Below, piece after piece: positions 29,207 through 41,084 of a stretch of 64,000 nucleotides of DNA (position 1 is its first letter; each line of letters starts with the position of its first letter). The notes beneath the pieces are model-generated. The model was not told the DNA's origin and did no database searches. It saw only the letters and a list, made by a program, of their open reading frames with translations. Made by a program: the position numbers and the translations under genes. The DNA is from an uncultured Planctomycetaceae bacterium (GTDB lineage: Bacteria > Planctomycetota > Planctomycetia > Isosphaerales > Isosphaeraceae): contig CAWIAD010000002.1 of NCBI GenBank assembly GCA_963833985.1, forward strand, positions 4,384,001 to 4,448,000, in the 5' to 3' direction.

Positions 29207-32200
29207 TCACCAGCGAAAGAAGCGGTAGGGGTCGTCCCACTCTGCCGGCTCGTCCAGGTACAGGCCTTGCCGCCAGCGCGGCTGCGGCTCGCTGGCCGAC
29301 ACCGGCCGATCAAATCGGCCCAGAATCGGCGCGCGTGCGCCGGCACCCAGATTGGCCAGCAGGCGCGAGACCATGAATGAGGCGCGGCGGTGCGTCTTCT
29401 TCAGGTTCGGCTTCGTATCGTCCGCGAACAGCCACGGCGCCATCTGGCAAAAGACCAGGTCGCGGCCGCTGGCAGCCGCCAGCACGCCGTCGCCCTGAAT
29501 CGCCGCTCCGGACGTCAGCAGCGGCAGACTGCGCGGGTCGCGATTGTGCACATCGGCGGAGCCGACGCCCGCGAGCAATGAGTGCACGGAGAACGGTTCG
29601 AAGCAGGCGGCAATGTGCTCCGCGTTGCGCGTCTCGATCCTGAACGGCAAGAACCGGTTCGCTTCGCCGGCCTCCAGCCCGAGCGCAAGGATGCGTCCTC
29701 CATCTTCCACCCAGCGCGCCACCTCCGACGCACGGGCCTCAAGCGGCTTCCCACCTCCCGGTCCGACCACGAGGACGGCACCGGGCGTCAGCTCAACGTC
29801 CGCAAGCGGCGTCACGGCGAAGCCGGCAGACTCGAGGTGTGCGCGTCCCGCCGGCTCGCCCGCGTAGAGGATGCTTCGGGCCGCAGCCGGTACCCAGGCC
29901 GAGGCGTAGGCCAGCAGGTTCCCGACCAGCCGTTCGGCCGCCGGCTCCGACTCGGTGCGGCCCGTCACGTCAAGCTGGCAGAAGATCATCAGGTTCTTGC
30001 CTTCGTGATACTCCAGCAGCGGCGCGTATTGCAGGCTGAAGCCGCCGTCCACGATCGGCAGAAAGTCGCCGCGGGCCGGCTTCTCGATCAGGACCGACGC
30101 CACGTTGCCCCGGTTGCCGCAGCGCCAGACGCGGGAGACCGGGATATCACACCAATTCACGGTCGGGCCATGACCCGGCTTCAGCTCGTAAGCCAGTCGC
30201 GGCGCCGTGAGGGTGGCCGCGCCGTGCCAGTCGCGCAGGTGCTCGGCGCCAATCCCCTGGAGCAGGCGATGATCGGGGACCCTGGGGAAGACCTGCCTCA
30301 AGCCATGCTCCACCACACGGAACCCCAGACGCTTCTCCAGGACGTCCCTGCCCTGTTCGAAGACGATCACTTTCAGCCCGCGGCGCGCCCGCTCGAGCCG
30401 TGGCGCAGGGCCGTCCACGGTGAGCGCGTTCTTGCCGACGACCAGCATCTCGAACCGCGACAGGTCGGCGTCCGCCCCGATCGTCCGGTGCTGGACCTTC
30501 ATCGCTCGCAAGAGGGCGGTCGTCTCCCCCTGGGGATCGAAGACCGCGACCGGCGGGCCCGGGATGTCGGCGCCGGCCGGCGCGGGGAGCACGTGAATCG
30601 TCAGGGAATCGCCCTGCGTTGAGCCCGTGCTGAAGCCGACGCTGCGCCGTCAGCTCGTGAGCTCCCGGCGGCATGGATCGCGGGACAATAAGGGCGATGG
30701 GAACCCGCGCCTGGCCGCCGGCCGGCACGTTCACCTCCTGGCTGCTCTGGAAGGTGCCCAGCTTCCACGACGTCGCGCAGGTCACCTCGCGGCGCGTGTT
30801 GTTGATGAGGATGATCTGCTTCTCGACGGTTTCTCCCTGGCGGAAATTGTGGTCCTTGCTGGTGAAGCGGCCGGCCTTGCCGCCGATGAAGGCGAGCAAG
30901 GGCTGGTTGTTCCGCAGCAGTGCTTCCCCGTCCGCCGTGGCGACCCAGTCTGAACGCTCGAACGCGACGTCCATGCGCTCGTGCCGCTCGCCGAGGTAGT
31001 CCGGGCTGTACCCTGGCCGCTGGAGGTTGTCGTAGTCCACGGGCAGTTCCCGCCGCCGCCTGTCGACGCCTGCGCGGAGCCGCCAGAAGTGGCCGTATTC
31101 CCAGGGCGAGGTTGCCGACACGCCCCAGGTCCGGTAGGCCCGCAGGTTTTCTCCCAGGTACATGCCGATCACCGTATGCCGGTCATCAAACTTCGGCGAT
31201 CCCATCTCGTTCGGATAATCCCAGCGCTGCCAGAGACGGCCCGCTCGAATCTGCCGGGCCTCCCAGCGCAGGTTGGCCTTCTCCAGATCGCTGATCTGAA
31301 AGGCCCGGTCGCCCAGGAACTGCGCGTTCCACTCGGCCATGCACAGCTCCCACGGCACGCGGGCACTGCCGAAGGTGCGTTTGCCCAGGTACCAGCCGCG
31401 GTACATGGCCCAGTCCCAGGTGAACGGTGCTCCGTACTCGCAGAGGAACACGGGTTTCGTCCCCTCCTGCGACCAGTGCTCGAACCAGTCGGACAGCTCC
31501 TGGATGGGGGCAAAGTTCGGGTAGAAGTTGATGGAATGCATCGCGCCGAGGTTGCCCGACGCGTGGTGGTAGACGATCCGGCCCGGATCGATGCATCGGA
31601 TGACGGCCTCGGCCCGCAGGGCCAGCCGTGTGTTGTTCCGCGCCCAGGTGTCGCGGCGGTCGTGCACGCCGTCGATCAGGTCGGGGTTCATGTCCTCATC
31701 GTAGCCGGTGGCGTTGTGGCTGGTGCTGTAGAAGACCACCGAGGGATGGCTGCCGGCCACCCCGGCATCGTATGCGGCATGGCGGGCATAGCCGTTATCG
31801 CGCTCGGCGTCGGGCGACTTCCAGTCGTAATGACTGAAATGCGGCTGGGTGAGCGCCACCAGCATGCCCACGTCGTCGGCCGCCCTGAGGATCTCGCCGT
31901 AGCTCAGGTGCGAGCCCGGATCGCAATCATAGTTGTGCGTGTACACAAAGTTGATACCCAGGCTCTTGAGCCGCTGGAGCGTCTCGCGCGGCCTCATAGG
32001 TCGCCGCCCCCGCGCTGATGAGCGCATTGTCGATGGGCACGGCGGAGAGGAAGAGGCGCGTCCCGTTCAGGTAGAAATCGCGGCCGTCGATCCAGAGCTC
32101 GCGGAACCCGAATCTCTGGTCGAAGAACGTGTCCCGCACCTGGCCGCGCGCGTCCAGCAGCGACAGGCTCAGGACTTCCTGGTTCTCGGGCGTGTCCAGG

Positions 32201-33123
32201 TCCCACATCGCTTGCGGGCGGTATCTTGACGGGTACGTGATGCGCCCGTCCTGAAGATCGGCCGCCCCGAATGGATTGCTGGCCAGCTCGATTGTGTCGC
32301 TGTGCCGGCCGGCCACGCGAGCGCGCAGCACATACCGCTCACCGGGCTCCAGCCCTTCCAGCCGCGCCGTGACGGTGAGACTCTGGCCGCGAACCGAAGT
32401 GTTCACCAGGACCTGCTCGATCCTGGCTTGCCGCGGAGTGGCGACCAGGAAGACGTCGCCGCAGAGGCCGCGCCGGGGAACCGTGCCGCGCACCGATCGG
32501 GCGGAAGCCGTATCAAGATACGAGAGCATGACAGCCTTCAAGGGCGCGGCCACGACCAGCAGGCTGAGGACGTGCGTGCGGCCATCCGCAAGGGCCTCAG
32601 GCAGCTCCAGCGCGCCGCCAGGGAAGCGGATCTCGCCGGCGGGATGCTCGTCCACGAACACGGCCGCCAGCGAGTTGACCAGCTCCACGGCCAGGCAGAC
32701 GCGCCGGCCCTTCCAGGCGTCGGGAATGCGGACCTCGCGCTGGTACCACGCCGCGGAAAGCCCGCGCAGGTCGCGTCCTTTCCACTCCGGGTGCTCGTAC
32801 AAGGTCTGGCAATCCTTTTGCAGGTAATCGGTGATGCCTGGCCAGCAGCCCGGAACCTTGAAGTATCCCCAGTGGCCGGCCGGCACTTCCCTTTCCAGAG
32901 GCTCCGCGGGCTGCCAGCGCCACAGGCCATTGATGCAGATGCGTTCGCGCGTGGGAGTCGTGTCGTGGTAGGCCCGCTCCAGGTCCCAGACCGCACGCAC
33001 GCCCGTGGGTAAGGCCAGGGCCGTGTCGTCCCCGCGGCCCGGCGCTGGCAGCGCGGTGATCATTGCCACTGCCGCGACGAGGCAGGATCGGACTGGAATG
33101 CAGGATCCGCTCGGCCGTGTCAT
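29207..33123 (-). CDS. Large secreted GH2-like glycoside hydrolase, frameshifts near 31990 and 30645
   Basis: INGLWRWQP, VPG, WYQREV, RFGFRELWIDGRDFYLNG, HPSVVFYS, LCEYG; three consecutive ORFs. Confidence 0.75.
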
Positions 33124-33164
33124 CTCATCTCTCCGCTGCGCGAGCCGCTTCCAGAGCGCACCGT

Positions 33165-35021
33165 TCATGGGCGCGAGACCTGGGACTTTGCCACCCACCT
33201 CGACAGCGGCCCGAGACTGCGCACCGCCTCATTCTTCGCCCCACTCATGGCCACCGTCAATCGCGTGCTGCGGACCGCGGGCACGCGGACGACCAGGACG
33301 GTCACGTCCGGTTGCTGGCCCTGCGGCCGCCGGGGATTGGCGTTCCGCAGGCTGAAGAGAGCGCCGCGGGGACTGACGATCTGGAGCTCCAGGACCGCCG
33401 AGCCCTGGGTCAGCAGGGCCCGGTCGCGCTGAATATCAACATGAGAGCGCGTGTGCAAACTCCAGTCGATATCGACGGGGCGGTCGGCCTCGACCTCGTC
33501 CTGAACCAGGAAGTGCTTGCGGTCCAGCAGCGCGATCCCGCGCCAGGCCTGGCGCAGGCGCGGGGCGTAAGCCTCTGTCAGATCAACCACCGCCAGGGCG
33601 AGGCGCGCGTCGGAATGGAACGCGAGCAAGGGCGCCCGGGCCTTGGGATTCTGGTTCTCGCCGGCGATCGTCAACGTATTGTGCCCCTCGGTGCGCAGGC
33701 GATAGTAATTCCAGCGCTCCTTGCCGAAGTAACCGGGCAGGTTGTAGTCGTCGCTGCCCAGGTCCACCGCCCAGCGCTGGCCGCCCGCGTCCAGGACGAA
33801 TGTTCCCAGGTCCAGGTGGCTGTGGTTGGCTGCGTTGTCGCCTCCCTTGAAGCCGACGAAGAGGGCGTTCCTGTCGTTCGCGGCCGAGCGGAAGAAGGCG
33901 ACGTCGATACCCCGGAAAACGGCGTCCAGGGGCGGTTGCCGCCCGGGGGTCGGGGCCGGCAAACCGGCCGACCAGAGCAAGTGGAAGATGCCGGGCCGGT
34001 CGCCGATGAGGCGCCTTTCGTGCTCGGCGTAGTCGGGCCGTGCGAAGGCTCGAGCCAGCCAGATCATCTGCGCCGCGGCGCCGGCACCGTCATGGGCGTC
34101 GGCGTAATTGAAGGTGCGGTTGAGCGGGCCGATCGACTGCATCCGGAAGTTCCCGGTCTCGGCGAACCCGGGGCTCTGCTTCAGGCCGAGATCCGTCCCC
34201 AGTGCGGACTCGACGGCGCTCAGGAAGAACACGTTGTATTCGGTGGCGTAGCTCCAGTAGCCCGGCCCTTCCGCCCAGCCGCCGTCGGGAGCGAACGACG
34301 CCATGGCGCGGACAATCGATCGCCGGGCGTGATTGATGACCTGCCGCGCCAGCGCGGGCTCCTTCTCCGCCACGGCCAGCGCGCCCGCGATCAGCCCGCC
34401 GTTGCACACCTGGTTCCAGTTGTGGTTGACCCGCGGCCAGCCGCGGCCCGATTGGTAGACCTCCAGGCCCGGCTTGAGGCCCTTGTCGATGAGGGCGCGG
34501 CGGATTCTCGCGCGATCGTCAATCGACAGCGACGGATACAACCAATCGTAGCCGATCGCCAGCGCATTGGTCATCTCGGCCACGTCCAGGAAGTGCGACG
34601 GGTTCCAGTCGTCGAAGGCCGCGGCCGCGAGCATCTCCCTGAGCGCGCGGTCCGCCTTCCGCCGATCGCCGTCGATACGGTACAGGCCCGCCAGCGTGCT
34701 GATACGCCGCAGGGCCGCACGGCTCTGGTCGAGCAAGCGCGGGCCGATGAGCCGATGCACCACGACCGGCTCGCCCAGCATCGTCTCCGCGTCGCGTTGC
34801 AGCCGGTCATACCAGCGCCGCAGGCGGGCATCGGTCCTGACCTGCTGCCTGAGCACGCCGATCTCGTCATCGAGCACGTAGAGCCGCGGATGGTTCGGGC
34901 GCAGCGTCCGCAATACCTCCGCATCCGTAGCGGGCTTTTCCTCCGCGCGGGCCGGCGCCATAGCCATCACCCGGGAAAGGAGGACGAGAGCCGCCAGGGC
35001 GGCAAACAAGGGGCGTGACAT
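33165..35021 (-). CDS. Heparinase II/III-family polysaccharide lyase
   Basis: HPRLY, NHNWNQVC, EGPGYWSY, NHSHLDLGTF, HNTL. Confidence 0.88.
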   Translation of the reverse strand: MSRPLFAALAALVLLSRVMAMAPARAEEKPATDAEVLRTLRPNHPRLYVLDDEIGVLRQQVRTDARLRRWYDRLQRDAETMLGEPVVVHRLIGPRLLDQSRAALRRISTLAGLYRIDGDRRKADRALREMLAAAAFDDWNPSHFLDVAEMTNALAIGYDWLYPSLSIDDRARIRRALIDKGLKPGLEVYQSGRGWPRVNHNWNQVCNGGLIAGALAVAEKEPALARQVINHARRSIVRAMASFAPDGGWAEGPGYWSYATEYNVFFLSAVESALGTDLGLKQSPGFAETGNFRMQSIGPLNRTFNYADAHDGAGAAAQMIWLARAFARPDYAEHERRLIGDRPGIFHLLWSAGLPAPTPGRQPPLDAVFRGIDVAFFRSAANDRNALFVGFKGGDNAANHSHLDLGTFVLDAGGQRWAVDLGSDDYNLPGYFGKERWNYYRLRTEGHNTLTIAGENQNPKARAPLLAFHSDARLALAVVDLTEAYAPRLRQAWRGIALLDRKHFLVQDEVEADRPVDIDWSLHTRSHVDIQRDRALLTQGSAVLELQIVSPRGALFSLRNANPRRPQGQQPDVTVLVVRVPAVRSTRLTVAMSGAKNEAVRSLGPLSRWVAKSQVSRP

Positions 35022-35211
35022 GGGGTGAGCCTCGGAGGGAGGGATCGGACTATGGCTCGCACACCTTGGTCCTATCACAGAAATGCGGAAGGCTCCAGGG
35101 GGTAGCCATGCCGGCGCAGCCCAAGGACCCTCCCGGGACCGCCTCCCTTTCTCCGTCCTGACCTGCGTCCGCTCCCGGGCTCGCAGATGGCCAGGTGCTG
35201 AAGCTTGCTGG

Positions 35212-35292
35212 TCACCAGCGTCGCTGCCGGGCCGGCGCCTTGAGCCCTCGCAGCAGGAAAATGATCATATCCGTGTCCAGGCTGTAGAGCAC
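35212..35292 (-). pseudogene. Truncated VapC toxin N-terminus
   Basis: (V)LYSLDTDMIIFLLRG, then stop after 26 codons, right after vapB. Confidence 0.65.
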
Positions 35293-35297
35293 GACGA

Positions 35298-35519
35298 TCA
35301 ATCCCGTGATTCCAGCCTGGGTTGCACGCGTTCGCCGCTCAAAAACTGGTCGGAAAGTTGCTCGACGCCCTCGAAGAAGATCTCCCAGGGCTCTCTGGTG
35401 ATGACGAGAAAGCCCTCTCCCGTGCGTTTCAAGTAAACCGTGTCCGCGTCGACACGAAACTCCTTGGGCAGCCGGATCGCCTGGCTGCGGCCCGTCCGGA
35501 ACACTCTGGCAACGGCCAT
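35298..35519 (-). CDS. vapB: AbrB/SpoVT-type VapB antitoxin
   Basis: ARVFRTGRSQAIRLPKEFR. Confidence 0.9.
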   Translation of the reverse strand: MAVARVFRTGRSQAIRLPKEFRVDADTVYLKRTGEGFLVITREPWEIFFEGVEQLSDQFLSGERVQPRLESRD

Positions 35520-35870
35520 GACCGATCTCCTCGGATTTGTGGTACTACCATATGATATACTCGACATCCCGGCCGTGCAAGTGCTCGCTTTGCCGAGTCC
35601 GATGCGAAGGAACAGACACGGTCTATCCGTGCCAGGTCAGCTCGTAGGGTGTGTCGAGCGCGGCGACGACGCACCGTTTCACACCGGCTACCCCATCGGT
35701 TCGTCGTCGCTCCGCTTGACACACCCTACAGGCCGAAAGGCCCAAGAAATGGCGAAAACACGCAGAATCCCGAGTTCAGCCGGCCGATCGGGGGCGTGAT
35801 GCTTGGCGGCCGGAGGACACGTGTCCGATACACCGGGCTCCATGCGGTTTGATGACCTGCGACCGGGTCT

Positions 35871-37238
35871 TCAACAGAGTGCTGCCCAGGCTCCGCCGCT
35901 CGCGAACAGTTCGTCGACGGCCGCGTCGAAGACGCCGGCGCGCCGGGCGAAATCCAGGACCGTGAAGCGGTGGCGGATGAAGTAGGCTTGCTCATAACTT
36001 GAGCGCAGGCGGGCACGCGGGATGCCGATCGACTCAGGCTCGGTCGGGCAGCCCGCCTGTGCGAGCAGCGATCCGGCATTCCGGAATGGCCGCAGATGCT
36101 CGATGAGCCGCTCGCGCAGCAGCGGCCAGCCGGCGCGAAGGCGTTCGAGCTGGGCACGCAGGGCGTCCGCGGGTGGGTGCTTGGCGCGGGTTTCCAGCGC
36201 AGCCTTGTCCGCAAGTTCCCCGGGTCCAAAGTGCGCCGAGATCTGCTTCAGAAATCGTTCCAGGGGCGGCCAGGCCGAGACTGCCGCATCGATATCAAGG
36301 TGACCGAAGTCCTGACGGAGCAGGACCTCGTAGAGTGCCAGCGACGCCAGCGTGCCAATGCCCACCTTGAAGCCGTGGCTGGGCGTGGCTCCCTGGTGCC
36401 TGTGGTGCTGCATGTCCCAGAGGTGGCTGAACTGGTGCTCGGCACCCGACGCGGGGCGGCTCGATCGGGCGGCCTGCATGGCGAAGCCGCTCATGAGCAG
36501 GCCGACGGTGAGCCGGCGGAGGGCGTCCGGGTCGCCGCGCGCGATATTGCCCGGTGCGGCGATCCCGTGTGGAAGCAAGTCCTGTACGGTGCTCCAGGCG
36601 TCCGGCAGGATCGGCTCTTCGCCCAGGGCGTCCGCAAGGATCCAGTCCGCGCCGGCGACGCTCTTGGCAAGGAGGTCGGCGTAGCCCGATGCGTTCATTC
36701 CCGGCGGTGCCTGAGCGATCACCTCCAGGTCCGCCAGCACGGCGCGGGGGGCGGGGCAATCGAAGGTCTGCTTCGATCCGCGATCGGTGATCGATGCCCC
36801 GAACGCCGTGTAGCCGTCCATCGAGGCCGCGGTCGCGACCACCATGTAGGGCCGTCCCAGGCGGTGCGCGGCGAGCTTCGCAAGGTCGTTGATCGTCCCG
36901 GAACCGACGGCCACGGGGGTGGCCCCTGTCATGGCGAGGGCCGATTGCAGCCGCTCAACCCGTGCGAGGTCCGCCGTCACCTGGGGATCAAAGAGGAATG
37001 GCGGCTCGCAGGCAATGCCCGCGCGCTGCAACGACGCCAGGACGTCGTGTCCCGCCGCTTCCAGGGTTCGCTCATCGGCGACGATCCTGGCGGGGCCGTC
37101 TCCCAGCGCCCGAACGAAGAGGCGGGCCGTCTCATGGCGGGCGCCTGGCTGGACGATCAGGAAGCGGGTGTCGCGTGCGGCTTGCAGCGACCTGTCCAGA
37201 AGGGCTTGTGCCGGCACGGGCTGAAGAGAATCGGACAA
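35871..37238 (-). CDS. sn-glycerol-1-phosphate dehydrogenase (AraM/EgsA-like)
   Basis: GSGTINDLAK, TAASMDG, SRPASGAEHQFSH, HG; start uncertain. Confidence 0.85.
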   Translation of the reverse strand: MSDSLQPVPAQALLDRSLQAARDTRFLIVQPGARHETARLFVRALGDGPARIVADERTLEAAGHDVLASLQRAGIACEPPFLFDPQVTADLARVERLQSALAMTGATPVAVGSGTINDLAKLAAHRLGRPYMVVATAASMDGYTAFGASITDRGSKQTFDCPAPRAVLADLEVIAQAPPGMNASGYADLLAKSVAGADWILADALGEEPILPDAWSTVQDLLPHGIAAPGNIARGDPDALRRLTVGLLMSGFAMQAARSSRPASGAEHQFSHLWDMQHHRHQGATPSHGFKVGIGTLASLALYEVLLRQDFGHLDIDAAVSAWPPLERFLKQISAHFGPGELADKAALETRAKHPPADALRAQLERLRAGWPLLRERLIEHLRPFRNAGSLLAQAGCPTEPESIGIPRARLRSSYEQAYFIRHRFTVLDFARRAGVFDAAVDELFASGGAWAALC

Positions 37239-37272
37239 GGGATCTGGGCTCGCCTGGGTGAGCGGCTCGGAC

Positions 37273-40200
37273 TCAAGAATGAACGCGGCGCAGGTGCGCC
37301 TTGAGGGCATCGAAGTCCACGGGCTTGACAAAGTGGTGCTCGAAGCCCGCATCGCGTGACCGGGCGTGGTCAGCTTCCTGGCCGAAGCCCGAGACGGCGA
37401 TCAACCGCGTTCCTTCAAGCTCCGGCAGCTCGCGGAAGCGGCGGACCACTTCATACCCGCTCATGCCGGGCAGGCCGATGTCGATGAGGACGATCTCGGG
37501 ATGGAACGTCGTGGCGAGCGAGACGCCGGATTCGCCGTCATGCGCCACCGTCACGTCGTATCCACAGGTCGAGAGCAGCTTGCCAATGCCGGTGGCGGCG
37601 TCGGGATTGTCCTCGACGATGAGCACGCGTGTCGGCTGGCCCGTGTCGGCGCCGGACGAAGGTTCCGGATGCGGGACGGCTGGCCTGGCCGATTCTTCGG
37701 AGAGGGGCAGCCGGAGCGTGAACTCGCTTCCCTGACCGGTCCCCGCGCTGGTGGCCTGAACACTGCCGCCGTGCATCTCGGCCAGCGACTTGGCCAGTGT
37801 CAATCCGATCCCCAGGCCCCCCTTCGAGCGGTCGAGCGACTGATCAACCTGGGCGAAAGGCTCGAAGATGCGCGACAGCATCTCGACCGGGATGCCGATG
37901 CCGTTATCGCGGATGCGCACCAGGGCGTGGTCCGCATCGCGCCGCGCGATGACGTCGATGAAGCCGCCCTCGTCGGTGTACTTCGCCGCGTTCGCCAGCA
38001 GGTTGACGAAGATCTGTTCCAGCCGCGTGGGGTCGCCGAAGACGGGGAGAGGATCGGCAGGCAGATCCAGGCTCAAGACGTGCTTCTTGTCGTTGATCGC
38101 CGGCTGCACCGATTCCACGGCGTGAGCCAGAACCGAGGACAGGCTGACGGGTTCCTTGCGAAGCTGGATCTTCCCCCGCGTGATCCTCGAGATTTCCAGC
38201 AGGTCGTCGATGAGGTGCACCAGGTTCGTCACCTGGCGGTCGATCATGTCGCGGGCCCAGTTGACATCCGGGTCGGTCACACCCTTGAGCCGCAGGTACT
38301 GGACCGCGTTGCGAATCGGGGCCAGGGGATTGCGCAGCTCGTGGGCCAGCATGGCGATGAACTCGTTTTTCCGCCGGTCTCTCTCCTGGTGCTGGTTGAG
38401 CAGCCGCATCCGCTCATAGGCCACGGTCACGTAGTTGGTGATCGTCTCCATGAATTCCAGTTCGTCCTCGTCGAAGACGTCGCGGACGCGGCTGCCAAAG
38501 GAGAGCGTGCCGAGAACCTGTTCTTCCGCGAGCAATGGGTTGCAGGCGAAGGCGCGCAGGCCCAGGCTCTTGAACAGGTCGACTCGCGGATCATCGCTAT
38601 GCTGGATGAAGCTGGCCACGAACGGCTGCCGCGAGAGCGCCACGGAGCCGCACACGGCCTGGCCCACATTCACGCGAACCAAGCTCGCCACGGCCTCCGC
38701 CGGCACGCCCGTGGAAAACTGGAGACGCAGTGTGTCGGGCTGCTCGCTGACAAGGTAGTGCAGACAGGTATCGATTCTCAGATGCTTGGAGATGCGCTCG
38801 AACAGGTCCTGGAGCATCGATCCCGGGTTGTGCGTGGACAGGAGCACCCCCGCGGTTTCCCAGAGCAGGCGCAGGCGTTCGTTCTGCTTCCTGAGGGCCT
38901 TGTCCGCCTGGCTGCGCTCGCTGATATCCACGGCCGAGGCGATGAGGTTCTGGATGCCGCCGGTTTCGCCCCGCAATGGGACGAGCATGAAGTCAATGGC
39001 CGTCAGTGCCGTACCGGCCATGTGGACCTCGATCTCGAAGCGGGAAGATTCTCCGCGTCCGGCGGCGTCGATCGCAGCGCGCAGCCGCGCTTGCACCTGG
39101 GGCGAATGGTTGAACCAGTAAGTCTCCCAGAAAGGCTTGCCGCTGACCTCGTCAAGGGTGATGCCGGCCGCATCCAGCGGCGCCTTGTTGGTCTCGATCA
39201 GCGTGCCGTCGGGCCTGAGCACGCCCACAAACGTGAACAGGCTGTCAAGAACGCGGCGGAGATGCCGCTCGCTGGTGAGCAGGGCTTCGGCTGAGCGCCT
39301 CTGGTCGGTGATGTCCTGGAGTGTTCCCACCCATTCCCGAAGTGCGCCGCCGGGCTCGAAGAGCGGGACGCCCCGGACGGCCAGACATCCGAACTCGCCG
39401 TCATGACGGCGGACACGAAACTGCACGGCGAGCGGCTTCAGCTCGCGCAGCGCCTGTTCGCGGGCCGTGCGCAGTATCTCCCGGTCGTCGGGATGCACGA
39501 GCTCTAGCCAGCGATCACCGTTCCCCGGCGCCGGGTCCTTCGCGCCGGTGAACGACTCCAGCCAGGCACCCGACTCGAGCACCTTACCCGTCGGGTCCGC
39601 AATCCAGATGGTCTGTGAAGCGTGGGCGATGAGCGCGCGGTGGCGGTCTTCATTCCGCCGCAGCGCCTGCTCATGGTTCTTGCGCTCGGTGATGTCCGTC
39701 GCCACGCCAATGATCGCGGCCGGCCGGCCGGCCGGACTCCGGCTGAAGACCGCGTCGCGGCTGCGGAGCCAGCGCCAGGTTCCATCCTTGTGCCTTACCC
39801 TGTAATCGAACTCCAGGACGTCGTCGTCGCGGGCCTGCTCGAACCGGGTCAGGTAATCGTCAAAGCGCCCCTGGTCATCAGGATGCATGAGCGCGGGCAG
39901 CAGCCCGGAACCCAGCGCGGGCAGCTCTTCCTGCAAGTATCCGATATAGTCGGCCGCCTTCTTGTTGCCGTACAGGTTGCCGCGGGTCGCGAGATCGAGC
40001 ACGTAGATGAAGCTGGGCACCAGCGCGAAGGCCTTCTCCAGCAGCCGGACCTGCACCTGCTGCTCCTGCGTACCGATCGCCTGCGCGGCAGTCCCGGTGG
40101 GGTTTGCGGCGCACTCCTCAGCGCAGACCGCGAAGTAACCGACGGGTTGGTTGTCCTCAGCCTGAAGCGGAGCGAACCGGCCGCGAAACGAGCCGTAAAC

Positions 40201-40503
40201 ACCATCACTCCGTCTCAGCCTGAATGACAGCTCGACCGGCTCGCACTTCCGGACGGCCTGCTGCCAGCACTCCAGGACCGCCGGCAAATCGACCGGGTGA
40301 AACGACTGCAACCAGCCGCACTCATCCAGTCCGGCACTCCCGGTGTATTGCCGCCATGTCCGGTTCTGATAGCTCGAGCGCAGATCGGCCGATGCAATCC
40401 AGACAACATCGCTTGCAAGTTCGGCCAGGGCGAGAAACGAGGCATCGATCGCCGCGCGGGCAGGGAGTACGTCAGTCTCGTGACCTCTGAGATCACTCGC
40501 CAT
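37273..40503 (-). CDS. Hybrid sensor kinase: 4 PAS, GAF, HisKA, HATPase, REC
   Basis: LAHELRNPL, NAAKYT, DNGIG, GLGIGL, DIGLPG. Confidence 0.93.
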   Translation of the reverse strand: MASDLRGHETDVLPARAAIDASFLALAELASDVVWIASADLRSSYQNRTWRQYTGSAGLDECGWLQSFHPVDLPAVLECWQQAVRKCEPVELSFRLRRSDGVYGSFRGRFAPLQAEDNQPVGYFAVCAEECAANPTGTAAQAIGTQEQQVQVRLLEKAFALVPSFIYVLDLATRGNLYGNKKAADYIGYLQEELPALGSGLLPALMHPDDQGRFDDYLTRFEQARDDDVLEFDYRVRHKDGTWRWLRSRDAVFSRSPAGRPAAIIGVATDITERKNHEQALRRNEDRHRALIAHASQTIWIADPTGKVLESGAWLESFTGAKDPAPGNGDRWLELVHPDDREILRTAREQALRELKPLAVQFRVRRHDGEFGCLAVRGVPLFEPGGALREWVGTLQDITDQRRSAEALLTSERHLRRVLDSLFTFVGVLRPDGTLIETNKAPLDAAGITLDEVSGKPFWETYWFNHSPQVQARLRAAIDAAGRGESSRFEIEVHMAGTALTAIDFMLVPLRGETGGIQNLIASAVDISERSQADKALRKQNERLRLLWETAGVLLSTHNPGSMLQDLFERISKHLRIDTCLHYLVSEQPDTLRLQFSTGVPAEAVASLVRVNVGQAVCGSVALSRQPFVASFIQHSDDPRVDLFKSLGLRAFACNPLLAEEQVLGTLSFGSRVRDVFDEDELEFMETITNYVTVAYERMRLLNQHQERDRRKNEFIAMLAHELRNPLAPIRNAVQYLRLKGVTDPDVNWARDMIDRQVTNLVHLIDDLLEISRITRGKIQLRKEPVSLSSVLAHAVESVQPAINDKKHVLSLDLPADPLPVFGDPTRLEQIFVNLLANAAKYTDEGGFIDVIARRDADHALVRIRDNGIGIPVEMLSRIFEPFAQVDQSLDRSKGGLGIGLTLAKSLAEMHGGSVQATSAGTGQGSEFTLRLPLSEESARPAVPHPEPSSGADTGQPTRVLIVEDNPDAATGIGKLLSTCGYDVTVAHDGESGVSLATTFHPEIVLIDIGLPGMSGYEVVRRFRELPELEGTRLIAVSGFGQEADHARSRDAGFEHHFVKPVDFDALKAHLRRVHS

Positions 40504-41084
40504 GTTGAAACTCAGGTAGACCTCTGGGGAAGCCGCGCTCCTGAGCACTCTCTGAGCCCGAGATGGCTACGTGGCAACAGCGCTGGGTCTCTTACCCAGG
40601 GAAGTGATCGCACCTCAGGAGAGCCGTTCGCTTGAGTCTCTCTCTCTCGCAGGCTCCGGATTCCTGGTGATCAGAGCGACGAAGGGCACAGCAGGAATTC
40701 CGCCGTCACCTCAAATACGAGGAGGTTGCCGCGCTCGCCCCGGGCAAGGCGCCGATATCAAGGAGGAGCGGTAAGCATGAGAGTTCAAGCTAACATCTCG
40801 CCTCCCGGCAGTCAACGCGCGGGCTGCGAGAACCCAGGCGGCCTCGACCGGCTCGAACCGAGGCTGGGGTGACCGCTCCCAGGTGCATGCCGGACAGGCG
40901 GCAGTGGAAGCATGAGTAGTTTAGGAGAAATAGAGAATCTCAGCGTTGCAGTTTTCGACTGTATCGGACACAATCGAGGTCGCCTGGAGAGTTGGAGATC
41001 CTGAGTTCGAACGCGATGAGGCTGACCAGGCCGCTGGGATACCAGTTTGGGATCACAGCCCGAAGTTTTGCACAAGGAACCAGC

